From positions 5,890,001 through 5,954,000 of the forward strand of contig JBHGNT010000014.1 in NCBI GenBank assembly GCA_043228905.1: a DNA stretch of 64,000 nucleotides, read 5' to 3'. Made by a program: the position numbers and the translations under genes. The notes beneath the pieces were generated by a model, which was given only the letters and a program-made list of their open reading frames with translations, was not told where the DNA came from and did not search any database. Positions within the stretch are counted from its first letter, which is position 1, and every line of letters starts with the position of its first letter. This DNA is from Azolla caroliniana. Its lineage: Eukaryota > Plantae > Polypodiophyta. Below, in pieces: positions 34,351 through 47,363 of the stretch.

Positions 34351-37058
34351 CACAAGAGTCGACAATTATGTCAAGGGCCTAATCAACCGACTTCCTCGAC
34401 AACAAGTTTCACGATTCCGATCACTCTTCAGTTTGGCTCTACCACTCTAAAGACAAAAGCTTTGTTGGATTCCGGGGCTACGTTGTGCTTTATTGACATC
34501 ATGTTTGCATGGAAACACAACATTCCAAGCAACAAATTAACTGTCCCGATTCCAATTGAAGTGATCGACGATCAAACTCTCTCTTCTGGTGCCATCACAA
34601 ATACAACAATTCCCTTGAGTCTCCACATTGGAGCCCACCAGGAAGAAATCACTTTTAACCTCATCACATCACCTCGACATCCTATCATCTTGGGGTTATC
34701 ATGGCTCGAAACTCACAATCTAGTCGTGGATTGGCGATCTCACTCCATCAATTTCACCTCGAATTTTCACTCACAAGGTATTACGTCCACCCTTCTTCGA
34801 GCCAATGCTCTGCCATTTGTTTGGCTGCCTACTCCGGTGAGGACCGTCTCAACGGTTGCTCCCACTCATGTTTTGGGGACAACTCCCGTTTCTGCTCCAG
34901 TGAGAACCACAACAATGGTTGCTCTGATTCTAGTTTTTGCTCCAATGAGGACTGCGTCAACGGTCGCTCCCACCCATGTTTCAGGGGAAACTCCCATTTA
35001 TGCTCCGGTGAGGACCAGGTTATCGGTCGCTCCCATTTCTTCTTCAGTGAGAACCATGTTAGCGATTGCTCCAATAGAAACAACATCGATAGTTAGTCCC
35101 GTGTCGGCCTCAGAAACAGTTCCAACTCTTGCTCGGGTAAGCGATACAATGCTGATTGCATCCATTTCTAATTCTAAGGACATGGCGGTCATGTCCACTC
35201 CAGATACTACCCTATGTACTAGCTCTTTCCCATCAAAATACAATGATTTCTCTGATGTATTTGAGAAGAAAAATGCCGATTGCCTACCCGAACATCTCCC
35301 ATACGATTGTCAAATTGACTTGAAAGATGGTGCTTGTCCTCCATTTGGCCCTATCTATGGGTTATCTGAACCTGAAATCAAGACCCTCAAAATATACATT
35401 GAAGAGAATCTCGCAAAGGGATTCATTCGCCACTCAAAATTTCCAGCTGGCGCTCCTATTCTATTTGTCAAAAAGAAAGATGGAACGTTGCGCCTATGTA
35501 TCGACTATAGCAGGCTCAATCGAGTCATGATTCGAAACCGCTATCCACTACCTCTAATCCCTGAACTCCTCAACCGACTTCAGGCTTGGCGTATATTCTC
35601 CAAAATTGATCTCAGAGGCGCCTACAACTTGGTGCGTATCAAGCCAGGAGATGAGTGGAAAATGACATTTCGAACTAGGTATGGGCATTTTGAATACATG
35701 TTAATGCCATTTGGTCTCACAAATGCTCCTGCCATTTTCCAGCATATGATGAATCACATCTTTTGAGAATATCTAGAACAATTTGTGGTGATCTATCTTG
35801 ACGACATACTTATCATCTCACAAGACTACATAGAGCACACCAAGCACGTTCGACTTATCTTGACCAAACTTCGGGAACATGGACTTTATGCGAATCCCGA
35901 AAAGTGTGAGTTTGATCGAACCTTAATTGAATTCCTCAGGTATGTCATTTCATCTGATGGTATCACTATGGACAAGAAGAAAGTTGAAACGGTTCAACAG
36001 TGGGAAGTCCCCACCAGGGTCAAGGACATTGTGCAATCATTTTTGGGTTTTGCCAACTTCTATCGTCGATTCATTCAAGGATTCTCTACATTGGCGCAAC
36101 CACTATACCACTCACTCGGAAGGATTCCCCTTTTTGCTGGACTCCCACAACCCAACTAACATTTGAGACACTAAAAAAAGCTTTTACCTCGGCTCCGATA
36201 CTTCTACACCCAGATCTGACCAAACCATTTACGATCGAAACTGATGCCTCTGACTTCACCATCGGTGCCATTCTCTCTCAATCAGATAACGATGGGATTC
36301 TTCATCCTGTTGCCTTTTATTATCGGAAGTTCACACCTCCCGAGATCAACTACCCAGTTTGTGACAAAGAACTCTCTGCCATTATTGCAGCCTTTGAAGA
36401 ATGGCGTCCTTACTTAGCAGGCGCCCAACACCGTGTCCAAGTGGTGACCGATCACAAGAACCTCGTCTACTTCACCACTACTCGCATTTTGAACCGGAGG
36501 CAAGCGCAATGGTCGACCTTCCTGGTTGACTATGACTTTCAAATTGTTTTTCTACCCGATGCCCAACATGGTGAAGCCGATGCCCTATCTCGGCATTCGG
36601 AATTCGACCAGGAGATGAAACCTACAATCAACAATCATGTTGTCTCCTACAGCCGCATCAGAGTCAACTCTTTCCAATTTATATGGCTGCAGATGAATCA
36701 TTACTCAATGCAATAACCACAAACACTGCCACCGACAAATTTGCAAAAGAAATTAAGGATAATCGAGTTAACAAATCAACCATAAAGGAGGTACGGAATA
36801 GTCAAGAACAATTTATGTTTCGAGATGGTTTTCTTTTTCGGAACAACTTAATGTATGTCCCAGATGGTCCTTGTCGTATCCGTATCATGAAGGAATGCCA
36901 TGATGACACCCTAGCTGGACATTTTGGCGTTGCAAAAACTTTGGAGTTAATCTCTAGAAGTTATTGGTGGCCACAACCTTGGAAACTTGTTAAACAATTT
37001 GTGAAAACATGTGATACATGTGCCCGTGCCAAAGCAGTACATCATCGTCCCTACGGTC

Positions 37059-40000
37059 TGATGGAAACTCAAGGCTCCTTATGCGCAACGCTCGGCCACA
37101 ACCGAGCTTCGAATGATACACAGAAAACGGGAAACAAATGCACGAGACAAAGAAGAGAAAATACACAGGAGGTTTATGTGGAAAACCCCAAACTAGGGGA
37201 AAAACCACGGCAGCCCACAGGCTGCAAACTGTCACTATGTAAGAATGTACAAACAGTGAGTTCACGGAGGCAACGACCTCGTGCTCACGATCTTCGCCAT
37301 AGGCGGCGGTTACAACAGAGGCAACGACCTCGTTCTCTCTCTCTCTCTCTCTCTCTATACAGTTATGCACATTGATTTCGTGCAAAACAGAAAATAACAA
37401 CAACTACAACTCCTCAATACTAAAAGTTTGCCCTAAGTCATATTTATACTAATATGACTTTTCGGCTATTTACAAATATAGCCACGATGGACTCTCAGAA
37501 ACATATTTACGAATATGTCTCTTTATCCGGTTCATACCGGATCTGTATCATCCGGCTCTCCGTAGCCGGGTACTCCTCATCCGGTTCATACCGGGTCAGC
37601 ACCATCCGGCTCTCCGTAGCCAGGTACTCCTCATCTGGTTCATATCGGGTCAGCACCATCCGGCTCTACGTAGCCGGGTACTCCTCATCCGGTTCATACC
37701 GGGTCTGTATCATCCGGCTCTCCGTAGCTGGGTACTCCTCCGACATTGTTCTTCTCCCTTCCCATCTGGAGGGACCTGTCTCCCAACAAACTCCCCCTTC
37801 ACTCCGGCATGGGGTGTCTTACCAGTCCGATCCTCTTCCGGCATGCGTCCAACTTGTCGGGTGTCAACACTTTGGTCAGCATATCTGACCCGTTCTCAGC
37901 CGTGTGGATCTTCGTCAGTGCGAACTCCTGGTCATCTACTGTTTCCCGGATCCAGTGATACCTTCACTGGATATGCTTCGTCCGGGAATGGTAGGCCGCA
38001 TTCTTAGCAAGGTGGATGGCACTTTGACTGTCGCAATAGAGTCGGTATTCCTCTTGCTGGATACCGAGCTCTCCGATGAAGTCCTTCATCCATAATATTT
38101 CCTTGCCGGCTTCCACAACCGCCATGTACTCCGCCTCTGTGGTTGACAATGCAACCGTCTTCTGTAGCCTCGACTGCCACGAAACAGCTCCCCCTGCATA
38201 TGTCATTACATACCCGGATGTAGACCGGCTGGTATCCACATCAGCCGACATGTCCGAATCGGTGAAACCGTCCAGTTGAGGTTTTCCGGAGCCAAATCGG
38301 AGACACATATTTGAAGTGCCCTTCAAATACCGGAGTATCCATTTGACCGCGTTCCAGTGCTCCTTGCCGGGATTACTCATGAACCGGCTCACCACTCCGA
38401 CTGCGTATCCTATATCCGGTCGGTTACACACCATTGAGTACATCAAGCTCCCGATGGCAGAGGCATATGGAATCTTCATCATATCTGCCTTCTCTGCTTT
38501 CGTCTTCGGGCTTTGCTTGCCGGATAGCCTGCAGTTTGCCGGAAGTGTCGATCCGACCGGTTTCGCTTCTGACATGTTGAACCGGTGAAGCACCTTTGTC
38601 ACATACTTCTCCTATGATAGCCATAATTGCTTCGCTGACCGGTTCCGGATGATGTGCATCCCCAACATCTGTCTTGCCGGACCCAAGTCTTTCATTGAGA
38701 AGGTCCGGTTGAGAGCCTTCTTCAGCATCCGTATTTTGACTTGGTCACGTCCGACGATCAACATGTCATCCACGTACAGAAGGAGTATTAGGAAGTCACC
38801 TCCTTTGAACTTCTTCACAAACACACAATGATCGGCTTGTGTCTTGTGGTACCCTTGATCGGTCATGAAGGAGTCGAACTTCCGGTACCATTGCCGGGGG
38901 GCTTGCTTCAACCCGTAGAGACTATTCTTCAACCGGCATACCAGGTGCTCCTTCCCTTTCTCCACAAATCCCTCCGGTTGCTGCATGTAGATCTCCTCTT
39001 CGAGGTCGCCGTGAAGGAATGCCGTCTTCATGTCCAGCTGTTCTACCTCGAGGTCCATGCTTGCCGCTATACTCAGCACCGTCCGGATGGAGGTCATCTT
39101 TACTACCGGGGAAAATATTTTGTCGAAGTCCACGCCCTTCTTCTGCTGGAACCCCTTCACCACAATCCTGGCTTTGTATCTCGGGGGTTGCCGGCATCTC
39201 CCGGTTTCAACTTGTACACCCACTTGTTTCGGAGTGCCCGCTTTCCTTTCGGCAGCTCCACCAATTCGTACGTATGGTTCTCATGCATGGAATCCATCTC
39301 ATCCTGCATGGCACTTAACCATTTTCGGTTGTGGGTGTCTTCCTTCGCTTCTTCGAAGCTTTCCGGCTCCCCCTCATCGGTCAGCAGAACATGCTCTGCA
39401 TCCGGAAAACTCCGGGGGGCCCTTCTCTCTCTGAGAGGATATCTCCGTCTCTGGGCTTCAGTGACCGGCTCATCCATCTGCTCTTCATCCGAATCCGATT
39501 CGGGGTCTTGGCCGGTTCCGGTTTCAACTTCCTCTACTTCTTCTTCAGCCTGTTCGGTATCCTCACCGTAACCGGCTAGTTCTTCGAGTGCCAACCGGTC
39601 TCTTGTCGGTTGGGTGTGCTCATCGTAGAGTCGATCCTTACCGGTCGACTCGGAGTTCATTATCTTCTTCTCCGACTCCCAGTCGGCGAGCTTCTTGTCC
39701 TCCATGAAGATAATATCTCGACTCGGCTTGCTGCAATAGAAGCAAGTAGGCCTCCCCCTTGACTTTGATCGTGTCCCCGACTTCTCCCGATTCTGGGGAC
39801 TACGGTTTCTATGTCTTCTGCGTTCCGATTCGGTAAGGAGCGCTTTGGATTCGGAGCTCGTATCTTTATCCTTCCGACGCGCCTCCTCATCTAGCAAGCT
39901 CGACTTTACTCTTGCTAGGGATAACCGCTTTCCTTCCGGTCCGGCGTTGCCCAAAGTGACAACCAACGTCTCCCAGCTGTCCGGGAGGGAACCGAGCAGG

Positions 40001-41198
40001 AGTAGCGCAAGTACATCATCGTCGAGAGGTACTTCCAATGAAGTTGCCTGGTGAATCAGCCCCTGGAAGGCATTCATGTGCTCCGCCATGCTAGAGCCAT
40101 CTTGGTACCGGAGTCTTACTAGCTTCCGGAATACCGACACCTGATTAAAAACATTTTTGTTCTGAAACATTATGCCGATCTTCTCCCAGAGCTCATGAGC
40201 CTTGCTCTCTTCATTGAAGTTGTTGTACAGGCTCATGTCGATGAAGCACCGTATGTACGCTGTTGTCTTCATGTGCATCACCTCCCATATCGCGGCGTCG
40301 ATTTTGTCTGGTCTCTTGTCCCCGAACTGAACCGGTAGCCAGAGGTCTTTAACCACGAGCATGTCCCTCATCTTCGACTTCCACATTGAATAGTTGGAGC
40401 CGGTGAGCTTGAACATGCCGCCGAACGATTCGTCCATTTTCTGTGTCGAACTTCGCTCTGATACCACTTGACGGAAACTCAAGGCTCCTTATATGCAACG
40501 CTCGGCCACAACCGAGCTTCGAATGATACACAGAAAACGGGAAACAAATGCACGACACAAAGAAGAGAAAATACACAGGAGGTTTACGTGGAAAACCCCA
40601 AACTAGGGGAAAAACCACGACAGCCCACAGGCTGCAAACTGTCACTATGTAAGAATGTACAAACAGTGAGTTCACGGAGACAACGACCTCGTGCTCACGA
40701 TCTTCGCCACAGGCGGCGGTTACAACAGAGGCAGCGACCTCGTTCTCTCTCTCTCTCTCTCTCTCTGTACAGTTATGCACATTGATCTCGTGCAAAACAG
40801 AAAATAACAACAACTACAACTCCTCAATACTAAAAGTTTGCCCTAAGTCATATTTATACTAATATGACTTTTCGGCTATTTACAAATATAGCCACGATGG
40901 ACTCTCAGAAACATATTTACGAATATGTCTCTTCATCCGGTTCATACCGGGTCTGTATCATCCGGCTCTCCGTAGCCGGGTACTCCTCATCCGGTTCATA
41001 CCGGGTCAGCACCATCCGGCTCTCCGTAACCAGGTACTCCTCATCCGGTTCATACCGGGTCAGCACCATCCGGCTCTCCGTAGCCGGGTACTCCTCATCC
41101 GGTTCATACCGGGTCTGTATCATCCGGCTCTCCGTAGCCGGGTACTCCTCCGGCACTGTTCTTCTCCCTTCCCATCCGGAGGGACCTGTCTCCCAACA
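37059..41198 (-). mobile_element. Ty1/copia element (Copia-2, same family as Copia-1) lacking PR and IN; TSD CGGTC/TGGTC
   Basis: 5' LTR 40469-41198 and 3' LTR 37059-37788 (730 bp each, four 54-bp units each). PBS 40455-40466, PPT ~37791-37800. Inserted in chromovirus integrase HRPYG|LLQPLPIP. Confidence 0.95.
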
Positions 41199-42620
41199 TG
41201 GTCTACTTCAACCTTTGCCAATTCCAAGTAGGCTATGGGCCTCCCTCTCGACGGATTTTATCACCGACCTTCCCGACATTGAGGGATTCAATTAAGTATT
41301 AGTGGTGGTGGATAGATTCACAAAGATGGCACATTTTATTCCATGTTCTAAAGAAATTTCAAGGATGGAAACAATAGATCTACTGTTAACAAATATTGTG
41401 CCCCTTCATGGTTTACAGGATGACATTATCTTTGATCGTGGTCCCCAATTTATGTCTCATTTTTGGAAGCGCCTCATCTAGACTCTTGGAACTTCCACAA
41501 AATTTTCGACAGCCTTCCATCCTGAGACAGACGGCCAAACGGAACGAGAAAATCAGATCCTAGAGCAATATCTCCGATGTATGATAAGTTATCAACAAGA
41601 TGATTGGATCAAATTTCTTCCAATGGCTGAGTTCGCCTGCAACAATACTCTCCACACATAAACTAGTGTAACACCCTTCTTCTCAAATTATGGATTCCAC
41701 CTACACTAAAGTATAGCTATCCCTGCTGGTTCTGTGAATCCATCTGCTGAAGAACGAGCTCGTCCAATGAAAGAAGTGCATCATGGCCTATCCCTAGAAC
41801 TCTCAATTGCTCAATAATGACACAAAGAGAAGGTTGATCAACATCGACGGGTTGCACCGGATTTTAAAGTCGGTGACATGGTATGGCTATTATGTCAGCA
41901 TATTCCGACAACTCGCCCATGCAACAAACTTGATTACAAAAATTGGAGCCATTCCGTATAATTGCTCTTCCATCACACTACTGAATTCACAATGTCTTCC
42001 ATGCATCACTTCTTGAGGTCTATCATCCATCCTCAATTCCAGGAAGAAGCATCGAGCCACCTCCCCCTGTGGCTTTGGCAACTGGGGATGAGTATGAAGT
42101 CAAGACCATTTTGGACTCGCGCAAGAGCCAACGAAAGCTCCAGTATCTAGTATTGTGGAAAGTATATCCCATCTCTGAGGCTACATGGGAGCCCGCTAGA
42201 AATTTACTAAATGCCCCGGAAGTGGTTCATGATTTTCATCCTTGATATCCTCACAAACCCGCACCTTCTTGAAGTTGGCACTTAATGGGAGGATAATGTC
42301 ATGAACATAGACTCGAATGTGAACCTTAGGCCCTTGTATATGTATTTCTCCTAGACAAACTTCAGACTTCAAACCTTTGTATAAAGAGTGGTATGTAAGA
42401 CGTAGTATGTACGACTCAGTATGTAAGACCCAATATGTAAGACTGAGTATGTAAGACTTGGCATGCAAGAATTAGTATGCTTGATATTGTAGTATGTAAG
42501 ACTTGGCATGAGCATGCTTATCATGCATCACTACATGTATAAAAAGGGTTGATCTCCCTTGTTAACATCAAGGAGATCAACACCAGTCATGGAATAGATA
42601 TTTGTACTCATTGTCATCAA

Positions 42621-43581
42621 GGTTATACAGAAAAATAGAAAATTGTATTAACAAGAACAAGAATGAACCAACTGTTACAAAGAGGGAGAGAAAGGTGCTT
42701 ATATAGTCACCTTCTCTCTATACAACCACCACTTACTAAAGAGAGGTGGAGACTTAACTACACTAAATATGTGTCATATAACTTTAAGGTTCTATGACAC
42801 ACTAATTACTATATTAGGAGGTGGGTGTTCACACTTGAGTATACTAGGGTGTGTTCCCACACTAGGGAAGTTGAGTTTGATTCTCAACACGCCCCCTCAA
42901 ACACAACTTTCGGTCGCTGAAAAGTTGGTTTGGACAGTACTTCGGGTCGGCTCCGGTGTTGGCTTTGGATAGCCGACTCACTCAGTTCTTACCTATATAC
43001 TCCCCCTCAAGCTCGATTGGTTGGTGGTTGAGAGACTGAGGTTCGTCGTGAACTGTCGTAGCTTGTCGGCGCCTAGGGCCTTTGCGAAGATGTTGCCCGT
43101 CTGTAGATTTGTGCTGATGTGTTGTAGGTTGACGTCTACGGCCATGGCACGTTCTCAAATGAAATGATAGTGCACCTCAATGTGCTTAGACTGAGTGTGA
43201 AAAACTGGGTTTCAGACTAGGTGGATGCTACTCATGGGGAACACCCAAATCCTTAATATTCTCTTGAGCCAAACGACTTCTCATGTGGCGACGACGGTGC
43301 CCCTGTATTCGGCTTCTGTACTCGACATGCAACCGTCCGCTGCTTCTTATTGCTCCACAATATGGCGCCGCTTTCGAGAGAGAAGACGAATCCCGATGTT
43401 GATCATCTGTCGGCTTTGTAGCCTGCCCAATTGACATTGGTGTACCCTTTGAGTAGAATCAGTGTAGCCGATATGTAGAGGATGCCGAAATCCATGGTTC
43501 CACTCAAATACCTTAGTACTCGCTTAGCAAAGTCGAGATGAATGTCACGTGGAGTTTGCATGAATTGGCTAAGGAGGCTGA
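42621..43581 (-). mobile_element. Copia 3' remnant: partial 3' LTR (42621-42889), PPT and decayed RT/RNase H
   Basis: The LTR starts TGTTGAGAATCAAAC on minus at 42889. PPT TTGAGGGGGCG 42890-42900. KHIEVHYHFI and KRVLRYLSG translations. Confidence 0.8.
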
Positions 43582-44770
43582 ACCAAATAACTTACCTATA
43601 TTTTCTGTCACATACTCTAAATATTTCCATTTCACAATATGACAATTATCCACATCGAGCTCCTATCTACAAAGTAACGGTCGTGGGCAAACCTTACATG
43701 TTCTTAGTAGACATGTACGATTATGCCACTCAGATGATGGTTGTTTTTCACAAACAAAAGACCTCCATAACTCAGAAATTGATGCATAAGTCATGTTTCG
43801 TGCATTACATCTATTATCCTTCCCATTTGGTCTACATACATCACAAGTGCAAACACACATTGTGCATACCCTTAGAATCAGTTTGCATAGTGTTCACACC
43901 AAGCCTTAATATGTCCATTTTAATGTGGTACACACAACAACATGTGTTCCTCTCCTTTAACTTTCTAACAAAAAACGGTTTCAAACCTTGGAACTTGCGA
44001 AATCCAAGATTGATGCTAGCATGTTGGTCTTTGAAGTTCATGAACAATTCAGCCTATATAACTCAATAAATAGGGAACATTAATAGAAACCTTTAATAAA
44101 TAATTAAATATTTAAAACCAAATAGATAATGAAAAATGAATTACCTCAATCATCTCCAAGAAGTGTCTTGGGTGAATCTAGAACCTGTTATACGTTGTCT
44201 ACATATATCCTTTTTATTTGGTGAGACATGACATATATGTTTTTGGTCCAAAATGAATCCACTTTCTCAATAATCTCGTGAGACAAGGCATCATATCGTC
44301 ATGCCTAACCCCAACCACTTAAATTAATTTGATTGTATATTTGTGCGATACTTCCTCAAGTTTCTTCTTTGAATACCAAGGGCTAAGGCAACTTTAGTAT
44401 CACTTTTTTTTTTTCTTGTACTGTTTACAACCATGTGAAGGGTTTCTCTCTTTGCACCAATCTTATCTATGATCTCTACCCCTTTTGAACTAAGTGTAAG
44501 GATGATTTCATAGACTCTACAATCTCCTTTGAAACACATTGGTCCCTAAACTTAATATTCTTCATGTCTTCATTCAAAAGTTGATTGTGCAACACTGTAG
44601 AGATAATATCCCTACGATCCTCCAAGCTAAATCTCTCAATTACTTCTAGTAAATAACAGACTATGTGAAGAACCACCCGTCTCGTACTCCTTTCAAACAT
44701 AGATTTGCTACATGACAACTCACTCTCCTTGGCGACTACCATTGTCACTGTCATATATATCCAGAACCTA
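43582..44770 (-). pseudogene. N-terminal half of a Sola2-like DNA transposase (inverted relative to its C-terminal half), with predicted intron 44054-44144
   Basis: SPNKKDICRQRI...HPRHFLEMIE|AELFMNFK...FQGLKPFFVRKLKERNTCCCVYH. GAG|GTAATT...TATAG|GCT splice sites. Confidence 0.65.
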
Positions 44771-46270
44771 ATTTTTTGTTATTAATCAAAATAAGTGCTT
44801 ATCGTAGAATAAACATACTTAATACGCCATAGCATAAACATGAGTTACCGGTTTTTGGATAAACATGTACCATTATGCCACTCTCATATATTCCTTTTCC
44901 AAAACAATTAATTTTTAAGAAAGACAACCATCATTTAAGTTAGATTATTCTGAAATGGATGACCGAAAAAGAACAAGATCTAAACCATAAAACGACCACT
45001 TTAGACAATCAAAGTGATTCACAAATTTGAATATATAAGGTAAAGAGTACATAAGGAACAAACATAACTCAGTACTAAAAATTTGAAATTGGGAAAATGA
45101 TGATTGTCATGAATAGTACAAATTAGTAATACAATATTTGTGCTATATTTATAGCCCACTCACCAAATGAGTAATTTCCTTTTCCCACCTTCAAAACTGA
45201 AGTATCACAAAAAAGGTATCTCACTTTTCATTTTCATCAAATACCTCATCTATACAATTTTGTGATCAACTTTTTCCCTTTTGTTACCCTTAATGGGATT
45301 CAAAGTGTACACCTTACTGTTCTATAAGTTAGTGCTTCCCATTTGAGGTATATTCCTTTATTTCTATGTTGTTATCTCTTCTAGACCCCTTTAAATTACT
45401 TCTTTGACCATAACATTAGGCTAATATAAAACTCAGGTTTTAGGTGTTATGGCTAGGAACAATGAATGATCGAATATAGACTTTATGGGAACAAGAAGAG
45501 AGAAGGAGAGCTATGCAAAAGTCTTTTTAGTAAGTTGTCACGACTTTGGAAAATTTGTGTCAAGGTTATCCACATGTGCATGTGAGATGGGGAGAGAGAC
45601 TATACGCCCTTGAGACCGGGAAATAATACAAATAACAGTATGATCAACGTAATATGAGAATGATGAAGAAGTAGATGGATATGATAATGACAATAACAAT
45701 CATGATGATGATGAAGAAGAAATTAAGGCGAAATTTTGCATTCAAAAGAATAAATTATAAATAATAAAGCCCAAAAAACTGTTCTGAAATAACCTATGCC
45801 ATAAACCATAGCTTTGATCAACACTAAAGCCATTGTACAGAAATGTAAGAGACATACTGAGGGAAGGAGAAGATGGGGAAACCAGTGCTTCGACATAGAT
45901 GGGGAAATGATGGGGACATTAACATGCGGTGAACACTTTAGATGTAGAATTTTAGAATCTAAAACGGGCTCGATTGGAAGGAGGAAGAGGAGACGTGAGC
46001 AAGAAGCGCCAAAATCATTCAATGTGGCGTCCTAATTTCTAAATTAAGTGTGAGGGGAAAATAACCCCCAAAATAATCTAGAATACACAACAACCGTTTT
46101 CCCCCCACTCCATGACTTTAATGCAACGTGTATTACCCCCACCCCACTCCCTAAAAAGATTTTAATTTTTTCTGAGTTCTTTAAATTTTTTCTACAATTA
46201 CTTAGTACTAATAATACTCATGTTTTTTGTGGCAAAAAACAATACTTTTTTGGTACATTGTAGCGTGTTT

Positions 46271-46425
46271 CAACTCCTAATCTATCTCACCATCACCCGA
46301 CCCAATCTCAGCCTCCTTAGCCAGTTCATGCAGACTCCGCGTGACATTCATCTCGATTGTGCTAAGCGAGTACTAAGGTATTTGAGTGGAATCATGGATT
46401 TCGGCATCCTCTACAGATCGGCTAC
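46271..46425 (+). repeat. Copia RT fragment forming an inverted repeat with 43465-43581
   Basis: TCAGCCTCCTTAGCCAGTTCATGCAGACTCC...GGCATCCTCTACAGATCGGCTAC is the reverse complement, with a few mismatches, of 43465-43581. Confidence 0.85.
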
Positions 46426-47363
46426 GGGTCTCGTTAGTAAGCGTATCAAGGAAGTATATAAGGAGACATGTGTTGTTACCCTTGTCTTAGAGTTTAAGAA
46501 GTAACTTGGGGAGTTCATTCCACATAACTTTAGGAGTTTTTGGCAAAATTCATAGTTCAAGGAATGTATAAATAACTTACCACCAGATGTTATGGTATTT
46601 GTTATTGACTTTGCAGAGAATTATACGTTTAAAGATCAAAATGAGGTCCAGTCAATGCATTGGTACAATGACCAATGTACAATACTTGTACATATTTGCA
46701 ACTGGAGAGACGATGGTGAGTCACATAAGAAATCAATATTCTACATTTCAGATGATAAAAAGCATGATACATTATTTATTCAACATTGTTTTAGGCTTCA
46801 CCACACAGATTTATTGTCCCTAGGTGTTAACTTTAATCACTATTGGGTTTGGTCTAATGGTGCTGTCTCGCAATTTAAGGTGGCCCGATCCTTCTACTTC
46901 ATTGCAAGGTGATTTTTAATCCATATGTTTGGTATTTATAAATGGAATTCTAGTTTGGTAATACTTCATAGTTCTTTACCTATTGCATTAGTTTCCTACT
47001 AATACTAATATTCTATGAACACTCATAAAAAATGTTTGTATAAAATACAATTAGTGATTCTCCTACTAGTGTTTGGATTTAACATCCTAGTATTGTACTT
47101 CCTTTCGCTTGTGTACTTATTGTTTACTTGTTGAATATTTTAGTATTCTTAATAACAACCTAGTATCATCCTATCATGTCCATCACTAGAAGTTGTCATG
47201 TTTAGGATTCTTATGGTACAACTTTGTACTATCTTGAAATGTGAATCGAAATTGATTAGCCATTTAGATCTCTCCTCCTACATGCACTGGTATTGATTAC
47301 GGTAGTAACTATGTAAAGTAAACTTAATTTATAACTTAGTATTGTCCTCCAAGGTGTACACGT

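Larger units (their letters stand above)
32922..42620 (+). mobile_element. Ty3/gypsy chromovirus (Tcn1/sushi-like), degenerate, 3' LTR truncated, carrying nested Copia-2
   Basis: 5' LTR TGTCATG...CATGACA 32922-33292. Gag (PDKFDG), CLYCGGPDHLIRSC, PR LLDSGA, RT (IDLRGAY, YLDD), RNase H (ETDASDF), IN (H..GH..C..C; DGQTER). Chromodomain EYEVKTILDSR...YLVLWKVY...TWEP at ~42085-42260. 3' LTR 42297-42620 lacks its last ~47 bp. Confidence 0.93.

Noticed and set aside
39719-39731. Copia-2 deletion as a canonical spliced intron
   Set aside because: The corresponding left junction in Copia-1 begins GG, not GT; kept only as an unresolved possibility.
46100-46155. G-rich candidate terminus (GGGAGTGGGG on minus) of the Sola-like element
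   Set aside because: No matching opposite TIR or TSD found in the window.
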